Shown piece by piece: positions 52,401-64,000 of a DNA stretch of 64,000 nt. The DNA lies in contig OZ059897.1 of NCBI GenBank assembly GCA_964057225.1, forward strand, positions 16,368,001-16,432,000, written 5' to 3'. Position numbers and translations under genes: made by a program. Source of the DNA: Auanema rhodensis (taxonomy: Eukaryota > Animalia > Nematoda). Numbering within the stretch: position 1 is the stretch's first letter; each line of letters opens with the position of its first letter. The notes beneath the pieces are model-generated. The model saw nothing but the letters and a program-made list of their open reading frames with translations. It was not told the origin of the DNA and ran no database searches.

Positions 52401-54170
52401 TTAAAATGTTGAATATCATAAATCATTAAACCATTATCTAAAAGTTTGATATTATACATATATAATTATGTATGAAAGTTATATTATGCATAATATTTGA
52501 AAAGAATAAAATATAGATTTCTAACATTAGACATGTTATCGAATGGACAGACTAAGTGCTACGGAAACCGAGGAAATCCACCTAAAGAGGCTTCAGATGT
52601 GGTAATGTAAGCGGTTGGGTTTTGACCCAAAACAGGAAAAGCACAATTTGGTATAAATACCAATCGATTATTCTTCATTAAACATATTTAGAATAGAAAA
52701 TAATAAAGAAAGTTTCATAGTCAACAAGGCTGAAAAATGAATAAATCATGGTTTAAAAAAAACTCAAAAATAAATAAAATATCATTTTTATAATTCTTGA
52801 AAAAAAAGTTAATGGGATGATAAACGTGTAAGAATAATAGCTTGAGATGACTTTTTTGAGATGATAGGTATGTTTTATGCAAAAGAATTTCGATAAATTC
52901 TTTTAAGGATTAACATAGATTATACGGATAGGTAGGCCGCTAAGCAAGCAATTGGACGTAAAACGATGTGATCCTATCAGCCTTTACTATGCTAAACATA
53001 AGTAATCTACAAATGTCGAGATTTATATGTATATACATATGTATTTATACTAATTAGCTTGTTATGTGAGAGAACGAGAGATATAGAAAAGGCAAATGAG
53101 AAAAGAGAAGGATAGATAGGTAGATGGATATAGTCAATAGCCATATGATTTCCTTTAGTAGTAGCTTGAGCATAAACGATGTTAGTAGCAGCTGGCTAGT
53201 TACCTTGACTGGCCATGGGAAGCCTTTAGATGACCACGGTTACCAAGACAACGCATCGATACACTTGGCCCTCTTTAGATATTCTTTCGTGTCAAACAGC
53301 TTCTAAAAATCATGATGAATAATTTGATTCATATTTCATCAATTTATATAATTGTATATGATATTATTAATTTTTTTAAACAAAAAAATTAATTAATTTT
53401 ATATTCCTCTAGTTTTACACATAATCAGCTTTAATCTGGTTAGGATTAAGATTAAGATTAAGATTAAACAATCAATTTTTTTTAAATAATTCCTTACGAG
53501 ATTATGGTTGATGATTGTAAACACTCACGTAAATATTCACGTTTTTTCACGTGCATCTTGTACTTTTTTTCATTTTAAATTTATAAACTGATACTAGCGG
53601 TAGATGGCTACCTCAAAAGATGCAAGTACTTTATAATTTTTTTCTAAATATAATTATTCCAATATTTTTCTAAATAAATTTATAATTCTGTGAGAAAAAA
53701 ATTACATGTTTAGAGAATCGAAGTTCTCACGCCATTTTTCATTGCATTTGCTCTTGGAATATTATATGCGTGCTTGTTATCAATGCTACATATCTATTTA
53801 GTCGAGTATGTTTATATTATTAAATATCTTTATATTATATTATATAAATTTACATTTACATAGAGTTATCTTATTCATTTATATGAAAGCAAATATTTAT
53901 TTTAATGATATATACTTAATATTATTATCATATTATAATTAATAAGTTCATATATTGCTGGTTTTGACCTATATGATAACTATTATCAATGATTAGTCAT
54001 GTTCATTAAACCTCTAATGATTTCTTTGATTCCTGTACATTTTCTTGCAAACTTATATCTAACAAAGAACAATCTTTTAGTAATATATCTTTTAATCTTT
54101 TTTTTCATATTCTCAAGAATTTTTAACATTCTTCTATATTTATTTACTAAAATTATTCTCATTTAGCAAA

Positions 54171-54302
54171 ATGGTTCGAGAACGTCTAGCATACCGACCT
54201 AGACTAAAGAAAGTTCCTATTAAGCCTAATACCAAATCAAGATCGAAGTCAAAATCAAAATCTGGAGGAAAATGGTCAAGTAAATCCAAAGGAAAGCAAT
54301 AA
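54171..54302 (+). CDS. 43-aa highly basic Lys/Arg/Ser-rich protein (protamine-like candidate)
   Basis: TTTAG acceptor, then CAAAATG start context. ORF MVRERLAYRPRLKKVPIKPNTKSRSKSKSKSGGKWSSKSKGKQ*. It forms a GC-elevated island in very AT-rich DNA, with AATAAA ~155 nt downstream. Confidence 0.6.
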   Translation: MVRERLAYRPRLKKVPIKPNTKSRSKSKSKSGGKWSSKSKGKQ

Positions 54303-56436
54303 TTAATTTAGAAGCTTACTGATAACAAACTATTGATACAACATTTTGTAATTCGTAATTTTATCAATGATATGAATGAATATACTATAATACATATTTT
54401 ATTTGCTTATATCACTTTATATAATGTATACACATCGATATATCATGTTTTATAAAAATAAACATATAATAATTGTATCATAATATAACTTAATAAATTA
54501 TTATATATTCGTACAGTATATCATTAGTTTCTTAAATATTTTGCTAATATATAATTATTTATTTTATTTATATATACATAGTGTGTGTATGTTTCACATA
54601 ATTCAACAAATATCTCGAATGTTGTCATCATTGTTTATGCAGTTCCTTTCAGAATATTATCAATAATTGTTACATTTATCCCTTCATTTTTTCTTTACTT
54701 TATAGCTAGCAGATGATCTAGAACTTGAAACAAATAGAAATTTTGACTTATCTGAAAATAAATTATTTTTATTATTAACCCTAAAGTTACATATAAACCA
54801 TCAAATATGCTTTTTCACCAAATTCAAATCATTTCTCAGTTATCTATGAACTAGAAAACGTGCATAATATCACATTCACAAAGATTTTACACACTTTTCT
54901 AGTACACAAACACCAAGAATATAATAAAATATTTAGATAAATAAAAACAGAAATGTTAGAATTAAATAAGAAAACATGTTGTACTTAAGCTATTCTCTAT
55001 ATAAGATATATTAATCTTGTATATAGAAATATAATTTTAGTAGAATAATATTGATACCGTAATATAATTATGGAATATTCAAATTATGCTCGTTAAAAAA
55101 GTAATAAATATTAGTACAAATAATAATAAAACTTAGGAGATAATCTTCTTGCGAGGATAGGTGAATGTTGATGAATCAGTATGATACCTAGTACAAAAGA
55201 TTGAGCTTTTATAGTCATCGTGGTATCTTATCATTTGGCTCCTCCCTTCTAGTTAGATAACGCATAGTGTCTAAACCACAAAGAAACTCAAAGTAATGAG
55301 CATAATGAGAATAAAAGAAAAAAAGCAGCAGAATAACGTTTAGAATCATAAGAACATGAAGAGAGAATAAACGAGAGAATGATAATGGTATGCATATAGG
55401 TTAATGGAGGGTTACTGTACAAAGCGTTTAATGATTGGATGATAAAAATAACTAATAAGGGAAAGAGAAGTTTTAGTTATTCGCGTTTTTAAAATAAAAA
55501 TAAAATATTATATATTTTTTAATATTAGTTTTTTTTAATTGTATTCATATGTATACATAAAATATTATTAAAACATCATCCAGATTAGAAATCAAGATTG
55601 AATAAATTATATAAATATTTTAAATTATAGGGTTAGATGAAATCAATCAACTATTAGAAATATTCTAAAATTATATTATATTTTTAAGAAACTGGTATTG
55701 TTTCAAAGAAACTCTCATGAAATATGAAATGTGTTATCAGAATGAATTAAATGTCTCTTCTTCAACAAAATCATTATCAGCAATTCAAAAAAAACATCTT
55801 ATGAAAAAGAGTGAAAAAAAATGAAGGAATCTAAAGAAAATTAAAAGAATAAAGATCGATTCGATGAAGAGGTGTGGAAAATTTCTAATCATTTTATTCA
55901 TAAATATTACAAAAATATCGTTTAAAAGTTTATATGTTGAACACTTATTGAATTATTTTAAATTTTTATTTAAAAATTATCTTATCATTTACCTTTAATC
56001 CAAATGAAACACAAAATGTAATTCAGTACTCTAAAAGATATATATTTGAAGATTATCAAAGCAACCAAGTGCGTATGAAAACCGATTTTAATGTCTTTCC
56101 TCTTATATGTATAGCCTCTGAATGAATGTGGTATGAATGTGTTCTGAAGATGTGTGTACATGAGGCTCACCTTCAAAAAGAAATAGATGAATCATATATA
56201 TTCAAACATAGTCTTCATAAGAAAACCATCACTCTTCTTCGTTCATTTATACTTTTAAAAAAAATTTTTCGAACACATACCCTATAAATTTCTCTTGTGT
56301 CATAAGTTTGCAAAAGCTTTCAGCTTAAATTTTACACGTGTATGGAGAATACCCATCTTTATTAAGACAAAAGATCATTAAAACAATAAATTAGTAATTA
56401 CAGGCAAAGCTTTTTCCTATCATAAATTCTGAAGAT

Positions 56437-57863
56437 CTATTCTGAAGGCATTGATCCAGCATGAGACTCAATTTTATCAATGAGACCGAAAGCAAGAGCT
56501 TCTTTGGAGCTTAAGAACTTATCTCTGTCGAGGCTTGATTGAATAACCTTAAAGCAACTATTTACTGTTTGATCGGGGTTAGAAAGATACTTCATAAGTT
56601 TGACCAGTGTGATGAACATAAATTTCATTCGTCCTTTTTTTCAACCGAGCTATTTCTTCAGCTCTGATCAATATATCTGAGCAGGTTCCCTGAACATTTA
56701 AACTTTAATCTTTGCAAAGAATCTTAATTCATTTTATAAAATTTTCATATCATAAATACAAAGCAATATGTTGCGTTGACCATAGAAATCGATACAATTT
56801 TATCTGAGGTGCATTGGAAATCATTTACAACCTTTGAATGATAGTGGTTGAACGACAAACATTAGCAAACTGACTACTGCATGAAACTTTTCGAGAAATA
56901 GCTTACAAGATAAGCGCAAAATTAATTTTAGTACAGGAGCTTATACAGCGTAAGTACAAATTTCATCCTTATCATAAGAGTCGTAATTTATCTACCTTAA
57001 TAGGGCAAAGAAAAAATTTTTTCATTCACCTACCTGAGCTCCACCACTAGGTTGGTGAACCATAATTCGGGAGTTCGGAAGAGCTGTTCTCATTCCCTTT
57101 TCACCTGCACATAGCAGTAAGGAACCCATAGACGAAGCCTAAAATTTTAATTAGATATCTAGTAATTCTCCCAATAATTTTAAATATGAATTATTTGTCA
57201 TCAAATTGCATAATCATACAGTTTGAATGCGAAACACAAACCTGTCCAACACACCATGTAGCTACGGGAGCGGTGATCATTTGCATTGTATCATATATAG
57301 CAAGACCAGCGGTAACACTTCCTCCTGAAATTCAAAGACATCCACGAACATTTAATTCCAATCTCCCAGTTTTAAAACGTTAATCACGCATAGGTACATC
57401 AGCTCACTAATAAGCCACGGAAGATATAATGTCATTGATACTCGAAAAACTTTGAGTTGAACCGTGATAATCGTTCGAATAGATTCTATTTTAACTAATC
57501 ATTTATTTGATCCCGCCACAAACCAAAAATGAAGAGAATAATTGGTCTATTAACACACCTGGACTATTAATGTACATGTGAATGGGCTTTTTGCTGCTCT
57601 CACTCTGCAAGAAAAGCAGTTGAGCAATAATTGAAGAAGCCATAAAATCATCAACCTAGAAAATATTTTATTTCTATTCTCTCAAAAAATCTTACTGGAC
57701 TCATCAAACAGACAATTCGATCACGAAGCAATCTACTATAAATATCATAACTTCTTTCACCACGACCTTCATTGTCAATTACAAAAGGAATTGCTTTTGC
57801 TGTTGGTGTTGTGAAGAAACTCCTGGTTAGCGAACGAACGACAGGTTGTAGTTGTCTTAGCAT
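56437..57863 (-). CDS. clpp-1: Mitochondrial Clp protease proteolytic subunit
   Basis: Presequence-like [17 protein letters not shown]; [15 protein letters not shown] and YINSPGGSVTAG; catalytic triad in [14 protein letters not shown] and LDRDKFLS. Confidence 0.96.
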
Positions 57864-57980
57864 GTTCCCAGCTTTGAAGATCAAATTTTCAACTTCACAC
57901 ATTAAAATATTCAGATAGAATGTTTAAGCAACAAAGACCAGCTAGAAACGTTGAGAGGTTAAGTTAAAATCATTTATTAT
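57864..57980 (-). promoter_or_regulatory. Probable operon intercistronic region (vha-9 poly(A) signal to clpp-1 trans-splice site)
   Basis: Minus-strand AATAAA at 57978-57973; AG acceptor at ~57872 (CTTCAAAG) about 100 nt downstream and just before the clpp-1 ATG. Confidence 0.6.
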
Positions 57981-58139
57981 ACAATAAAAATTTTGTATGA
58001 AAAAATATACAGCTGTTATTCTAGAGCTATCCTATGGTTAAAGTCGTCAAATAGAAAAATATTGGAATGTAAATTAAAAACATCACAGCTACAGACGTCG
58101 AAGCAGATTGCGAATAAGTGAAATATGCAATTATGGGAT

Positions 58140-58707
58140 TTATCGGAAGTCTTCAGGATTGAAGAGACCACGTGCTCTGTTCAAAATACTGTCCTGCAAA
58201 TAAAGAAATATTTAAAATATTAAAACTATGTTAACCTTAGATGGATCGTATGGAGCTTCCTTGCTTGGAATTTCAAGAACAGCAGGGATAGAAGCAGTGT
58301 GTTGATCAACCTACATGAAATAAGTTATATATTATTATTATTATAAAAATAAAATATATGTTAAATTTGAAATCAAATGCTTCACAGTCAGTTGTATTCG
58401 GATTAATGTAAAACTCACAGCATATCTGATCATCTCAGCAATATGTTGGTTGATCAAGATGATGGCAATATCATCACGAGAGCAGAAAGATTTGAAGGCA
58501 TCCTCAATTTCTTGAACAACGGTATTTTTATCTACAATAAGATAATTGGGTTTGCGAGCCTGAAAAAAAACATATCAATCATCATAAACAGTTGAGAATA
58601 AGTTTTACCTTGTTGAGCTCTCCAATACCTCCAAGCAAAAATCCAACAACAGTATCTTCTTCGCCAATAACGGCCATGATCTTTCCTTTTCCAACAGCTC
58701 CAGCCAT
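58140..58707 (-). CDS. vha-9: V-ATPase V1 subunit F (4 exons)
   Basis: [33 protein letters not shown]...[20 protein letters not shown]...[34 protein letters not shown]. Confidence 0.97.
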
Positions 58708-59132
58708 TCTAAAATAAGTGCTCTTAACTTATACAAGTAAATAGCATTACTTAAATAAGAAAATTAACGAGTCTTATATCGATTACAGTGAATGTTCATC
58801 AAAATGATATTTTACTTAAAAATGGTGAATATAGTTAAATTGTCATATGACAAAATATGTTGTTTAGTAATCGTAACTTCACTTTTTCAACATAAATTAT
58901 TATAAGTTACATTATATATTGAAATAATTGTAAAATTTTAGCTCAAAATAACGATCAAGAAGATAGAAAATCGAAAACCACAATCTTCGTGGCGGGACCA
59001 ATTCGTTTCCGCCCTTCAATAAGTATGATCATTGCCATATATTAAGTCATTTAATCCAGTTTTCAGCTGTGTTTTTACAATATTTCACAAAATTTGTGTA
59101 AAAAAACTTTTATTTTTAGGGTTAAAGAACTG

Positions 59133-59480
59133 CTATATATTAAAAATTGATCGATAATCCATTCTTCTTATTCGTAAAGGATATTCACTAGGTAAATCTG
59201 CGATACCAGAGCCAATATTAAGCAAAGACGATCCCTTAAAATATTAAATTTAAAAATTTCAAGAAAGATATTTTCAAACCCCAGTAAATGGCCTAATAGC
59301 CGGACTGTCATGATATGATGATCTATCAGTATATCTTCTGGTTTGTAAAAGTATAAATGATGATTGTGCTGAAGCAATAAGCGAATTTTTGAGCATAGAA
59401 ATGAAGAATACCGTACCTGGAGGAATGAAGCTGCTGACGACAACAAGAACGGCTAACTGGAGAATACATTTACGAATCAT
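59133..59480 (-). CDS. 84-aa secreted neuropeptide-like precursor (3 exons)
   Basis: Exons 59480-59417, 59368-59280 and 59234-59133 give MIRKCILQLAVLVVVSSFIPPAQSSFILLQTRRYTDRSSYHDSPAIRPFTGGSSLLNIGSGIADLPSEYPLRIRRMDYRSIFNI*. Confidence 0.65.
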
Positions 59481-62437
59481 CCCACTTTAATAAAAATATT
59501 TAAATCTTTATATAATTGAAAAAAAAAACGAATATCAGAAGAACAATAAGAATTTCCTAATAAGCTAAATATTAAAATTAAGCTTACAAATATAAGAATT
59601 AGGTTCTTCGATTGTAAGAAATTACATTAAATGATATAATCAATTGATATAGAGAACTATATATTATAATTATTATTTTTTCAAATGTTTATATGGAATA
59701 TATTGAGCTAATTCGTTATTATTGATATATCTAGAATTGCAGTGTTAATAAAAAAGAAAATGTATCAAATTGTAAAAAATTTAACCCAAGACGGAACAAA
59801 TACGATTCTGAGAAGTTTGAAAGATTTGTTGAACTTGAAAGAATTGTTCCATCCGGGTTAGAATGCATGACAAGCATGTATAAGCATTCTTCCTATCTGT
59901 GGCATTTGGCTAATATATGTATTTGTAACGTAATCTTTGAGGATTTCTAAAACATTTGTCTAAAAGAAAAAACATATTTTTCATATATTCGAACCGGATA
60001 TACGTTTTCGACCATAATATAAAATGTTAAGGAAAAGCTTCTGAATGAAAAAAAGTAAAAATGAAAGTTTTTGGGACTTATTCGAGACAAGCTTGAAAGA
60101 CTGATCTTGAGTAGATACATAGAAGTGATGCAATACTAAACTGTTAATCAGAAATAAGCTCAGAAATAGCACGAGATTATGAACTATTTTTGATTTTTTC
60201 GACCAAAATTGAGCGAATAAATAAAATAAAATGCTTTTTATTTGAATATCAGAAAAGTGATCTTTGTAAGTTTTAGATATTCTTTTAGAATTTATGAATA
60301 ATAAATTGAATATGATACTACGAAAATTTTTTAGCGAGGGTGGAAATAAGTATATGTACATAGGTGAGTTGAAAAGAAAAAGTTAAGAAAGAATGAAGAG
60401 AATGATACGGAGAGACAGAAAATGAAAAGCATAATCTAAGTCATAAGTCAATATAAAATATTTCTCATTAGCGGTTGATTAAGCATATTAAATAGTTTTT
60501 GAGCTAATAGATCATAGTTCGTATTGGTATAAATAATGAAAATTTATCCTTAAATGGACATATTTATTTATTATTAATTATAAAGTATTTCAAATAGCAC
60601 AACGCTAAAATGAGAGAAACATAGGAGATCAAGAATGACACATGAAATTAGAATTTCAACAATTTCAGTTTGTGATCAGTTAAAGTGTGCAACTGAATTT
60701 TGTCATCAGTGCCTTTCAAATTTTGCTTGAAGAAAGCAATGGATTTTGTTTTGAATTTTCCATTCTGGAAAATAGCTTTGTCTAAGTGATATGATGAGTA
60801 GAATTTGAGCATAAAATCGTTTTCTGGTCAAATCTTAAAACACATATTCTATTTCGTCGTTAAAATCACATCCATATCTTGTGCTGAAAAATCATCTCCT
60901 TAGAAAGAAAATAGAATGATAGAACAACTTGTGCAAAATGAAATAAGTGAAAGAAGTTGTGAGGTGAGGGCGGGGGAGATGGTGAAAGGGAAGATAAAAT
61001 AGGAAGGAGGGGGAGGAAGAGTAGGAGGTGAACGAAAAAGGAGCAGGAAAAAAAAGAAAAGATTTAAAATATAAGTAAAACCGGAGACTAGAAGAAACAA
61101 AAATTGAGAAAAAAAAAAAGGAATAAAAAAGGTAGAGCTAAGAAGAGAAAAATAACGGGAAAATAACAGAGAAAGATGGGAATGAGTGAGAGGGGGTTGA
61201 GATTGAGGAATAAGAGAGGATAACAAATCTAGCAGACACGATTAAAAAGAAAGCCCTAATCCATTAAAAGTTTAATCAAGAGAGGATAGTAAAAATCTTT
61301 GAAAACTTTTTTTCACTTTATTTATGAGCTTTTCCTGTGAACATTTCTGTTTGTTCCAACAAATAATAGAAAAAAATAGTTTTCATTCTAACTGGTCTGT
61401 TTAATGGAGTTCGAGAAGATAGAAGAAATAGTAAAAAATAGTTAATTGAATTTGTTATAATCATCAAAAGTTTGAAGAGAAGGTAAAGAAGCTGTGTACG
61501 AAAACGACTTACAGGTATCTAATACGATAAGATTATATAGAAACGTAATAAAATATTTAAAAATATATTTACATATTTTAAATATTTTTCTGGAAATAAA
61601 AAAATTGTTATTTTTATATAATTAAAGATTAAAAAAAATAATAACGAAAAAAATAGATAATTTATTCATTTAAATGACCATCATATACCACATAGTTTAC
61701 TAAACAGAGAGGGAATGAAATTAGTTTTTAAATGAAAAAAACAAATTATAAAAAATTTTAATTCTCAAAAAGAGAAGTTAGCAATCACACCGTAATTCAT
61801 AGAAGGAATGAGAAAGGTTTGAATGAAAAGCTATTCATTAGAAAAAGTATAATATGAACTGATAAGAAAAAAACAATACGAAAATAGAATAAAAAATGAA
61901 AACAGGGAAGAAATATTTCTTTTTAGTTGTCCGGACAAGGACAATCGAATCCAAGTTCGTTTCCTACTAAGCCGAATAAGTTTGAATAAAGGTTTTGTTT
62001 CAGTAATATGGTAATGAGTCGTCTGAGAACAAAACAAAAACTTTGAAGGAAGTTATAGAAGTTTTTGGCACTTGTAAGTTGAGTTCAAAAGAGAGACGGA
62101 TATCAGGTGGAATGAGGGCATAGAGAAATCAAAATAGTTTATGAATAAAATTAGAGAGATCTAATAATTATAGGCAACGGAATATATTTATATATACATG
62201 TTTTAAGTAGAATTCTTAAACATATAAAAATAAGTTTAAGAGTTTCATTATTATCTTTAGATTATTTTTCAATTTAAAGTTCCATCTTTGTTAATTATGA
62301 ATCAGCGTTAGAAAAAAACCATAGAAGATTGAGATTTGAAATTAAAATTTCAAGAAAAAAGAAAAGGACTTTTCCAAAACAAAAAATGTGAAAAGTATGT
62401 TTCTTTTACTTTTTTTCCTGAATCTATTTCATTTCCC

Positions 62438-63169
62438 CTAATAAGGTCCAATATTCATCCAATCCGGTATAATCAGTGGTTGTTTACTGAAACGTTTTTC
62501 CGAAGAAGGTAATGGAAAAGAAAATGGATAATCGGATGGTGGAATCGGTCCGGATGATACGGCTCCTGATGCTCTAGCAGCCGCTGCAGCTGCTGCTGAT
62601 GATGATGGCTCCAAGAAAGTCACCTTAATTGATAAAATCAGTCGAATATAATATGATAAATAAAAAAAATAGATAAAATTTAAAAAGCTCAAAATATGAT
62701 GATTTTTTCTATGATGAAAAACTTGTTATAATCGTTTAAATCGGAAATTATTAAGACGGAAAGGGAGCATTTTGCAACTCGTTGACATTTTAGAATTTCC
62801 CGAACAGGAAGTTTAAAATTCAGAGCCCACTATTGAACTTCCCTAATAATTCTCGAAAGGCTGATCAAGGGATACATTACACATAATACAAAGATTTAAA
62901 GAAAAAAAAATGATTCTTCTTCAATATACTACATGACATTTTCATTTTGAATGAAGACATTTTTTTTTTGGATTGAGTGATTGCTGATGCAACACATCTT
63001 ATGTCCCAATATTTCATATTTGGTGTTGTTGTTCATATAAAAAAACTTTTTTTCTCAAGCTTAATTACTATAGTATAGAAAATAAGTTCTATTTAAGTGC
63101 TCATGTTCTAAGCAGAAAAATAATATTAATTAGTCATGTTAAATCATCTAGAACTATTATTTCAGATTT

Positions 63170-63212
<43 letters not shown>

Positions 63213-63459
63213 CTTTTTTTTAATTAAAAAATAGTCTTACTGGAAATGGTGAAATAGCTGGGTTGTACAAAAAGTTACTTGTATCCACGTGTGGATAAAA
63301 TGAGCGAATCAAATATAATCCATTAACTAAAAAATAAATATAATTCTATAAAATAAAATAATCTGAAAAAAAAAGAAGAAAAAGCTTATTTATTCAAATA
63401 TTACCTGAGCAGGATGAGAAGAGTATAAGCATTAAAGCTATGTTGCATATGCCTGCCAT
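62438..63459 (-). CDS. 108-aa secreted neuropeptide-like precursor (3 exons)
   Basis: Exons 63459-63405, 63326-63241 and 62623-62438 give MAGICNIALMLILFSSCSVNGLYLIRSFYPHVDTSNFLYNPAISPFPVTFLEPSSSAAAAAAARASGAVSSGPIPPSDYPFSFPLPSSEKRFSKQPLIIPDWMNIGPY*. Splice sites are canonical and phases consistent. Confidence 0.7.
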
Positions 63460-64000
63460 CTAAACGTGTTTCGATTAAGAGAAAGAATATATTTATTTTA
63501 AAAAATAAGAAAAAAATAAAAAGGAAAACACTAGAAAATAAAAAAAAACCAGAAGAAGTTTTATAAGTTATGCTATTTCCTTTTCTCACTATAGGTAGGC
63601 CATGATCTTTTATATATATGTATGCGGTTGAGATAAAATTTGAAATGACATCGCCTACGCTTGAAGTAGTACGATAAAAAGTTTTTTGAAACAAAAAACG
63701 TTTTTGAGCTGAATTACATACATTCTGTAAGATTCAAAATGTTGTAAAAACAAACGTTTTTCCTTTATTCTTATCAAAAAAAAAATATTGTGTTCAATTT
63801 GATTGTAGAATTTGCTGGGCTTCATTGCTAACGTTGTAAGCCTCATCAACATTATCATATTCAGTTTTATAACAATTAAATGAAGTAGAAAAAAATAGAC
63901 AAAAATAGCAAATACAAGAGAATTATGAAAAATCTCCATGAAGTGTGTCTGCTTGAACGCATAAGTGTAGGAGGAATAGCTAACTACACTTCGTATAATC

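Noticed and set aside
52590-52680. C/D-box snoRNA reading (ATGAAGA...CTGA on the minus strand)
   Set aside because: The C box is imperfect, there is no terminal stem, and I recognise no rRNA-complementary guide.
53124-53306. 60-aa ORF in a GC-elevated patch
   Set aside because: No splice signals, signal peptide or motif. More likely regulatory DNA, though a small gene cannot be fully excluded.
54219-54229. TAAGCCTAA as a telomerase-template or telomere-like sequence
   Set aside because: Only 1.5 repeat units, lying inside the basic-protein ORF; expected by chance.

Overview
AT-rich eukaryotic DNA from a rhabditid (clade V-like) nematode. Evidence: many ~40-60 nt GT-AG introns, TTTCAG-type acceptors, and proteins that closely resemble C. 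elegans homologs as I recall them. The ORF track is mostly exon fragments or noise, so I rebuilt gene models by hand from splice sites and reading phase; coordinates may be off by a few bases. Recognisable genes: 5' end of a gcy-36-like soluble guanylyl cyclase, ldh-1, eIF5A (iff-2-like), a nematode globin, a divergent ionotropic (IR/iGluR-like) receptor, an M14 carboxypeptidase A-like protease, a divergent pre-SET/SET/post-SET protein, chitin synthase chs-2, a DUF268-like protein, a ZIP zinc transporter, a GPI-anchored Ly6/quiver-like protein, and a probable vha-9/clpp-1 operon. The most unusual items are small genes the ORF track misses or truncates: a secreted precursor carrying an Arg-rich 11-mer repeat (candidate new antimicrobial peptide), two neighbouring neuropeptide-like precursors, and a 43-aa protamine-like gene. 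Also notable are candidate alternative N- and C-terminal exons of chs-2, a degenerate chromodomain-like segment on the SET protein, and a hairpin-dense non-coding island. I recognised no rRNA, tRNA, CRISPR array or intact transposon.
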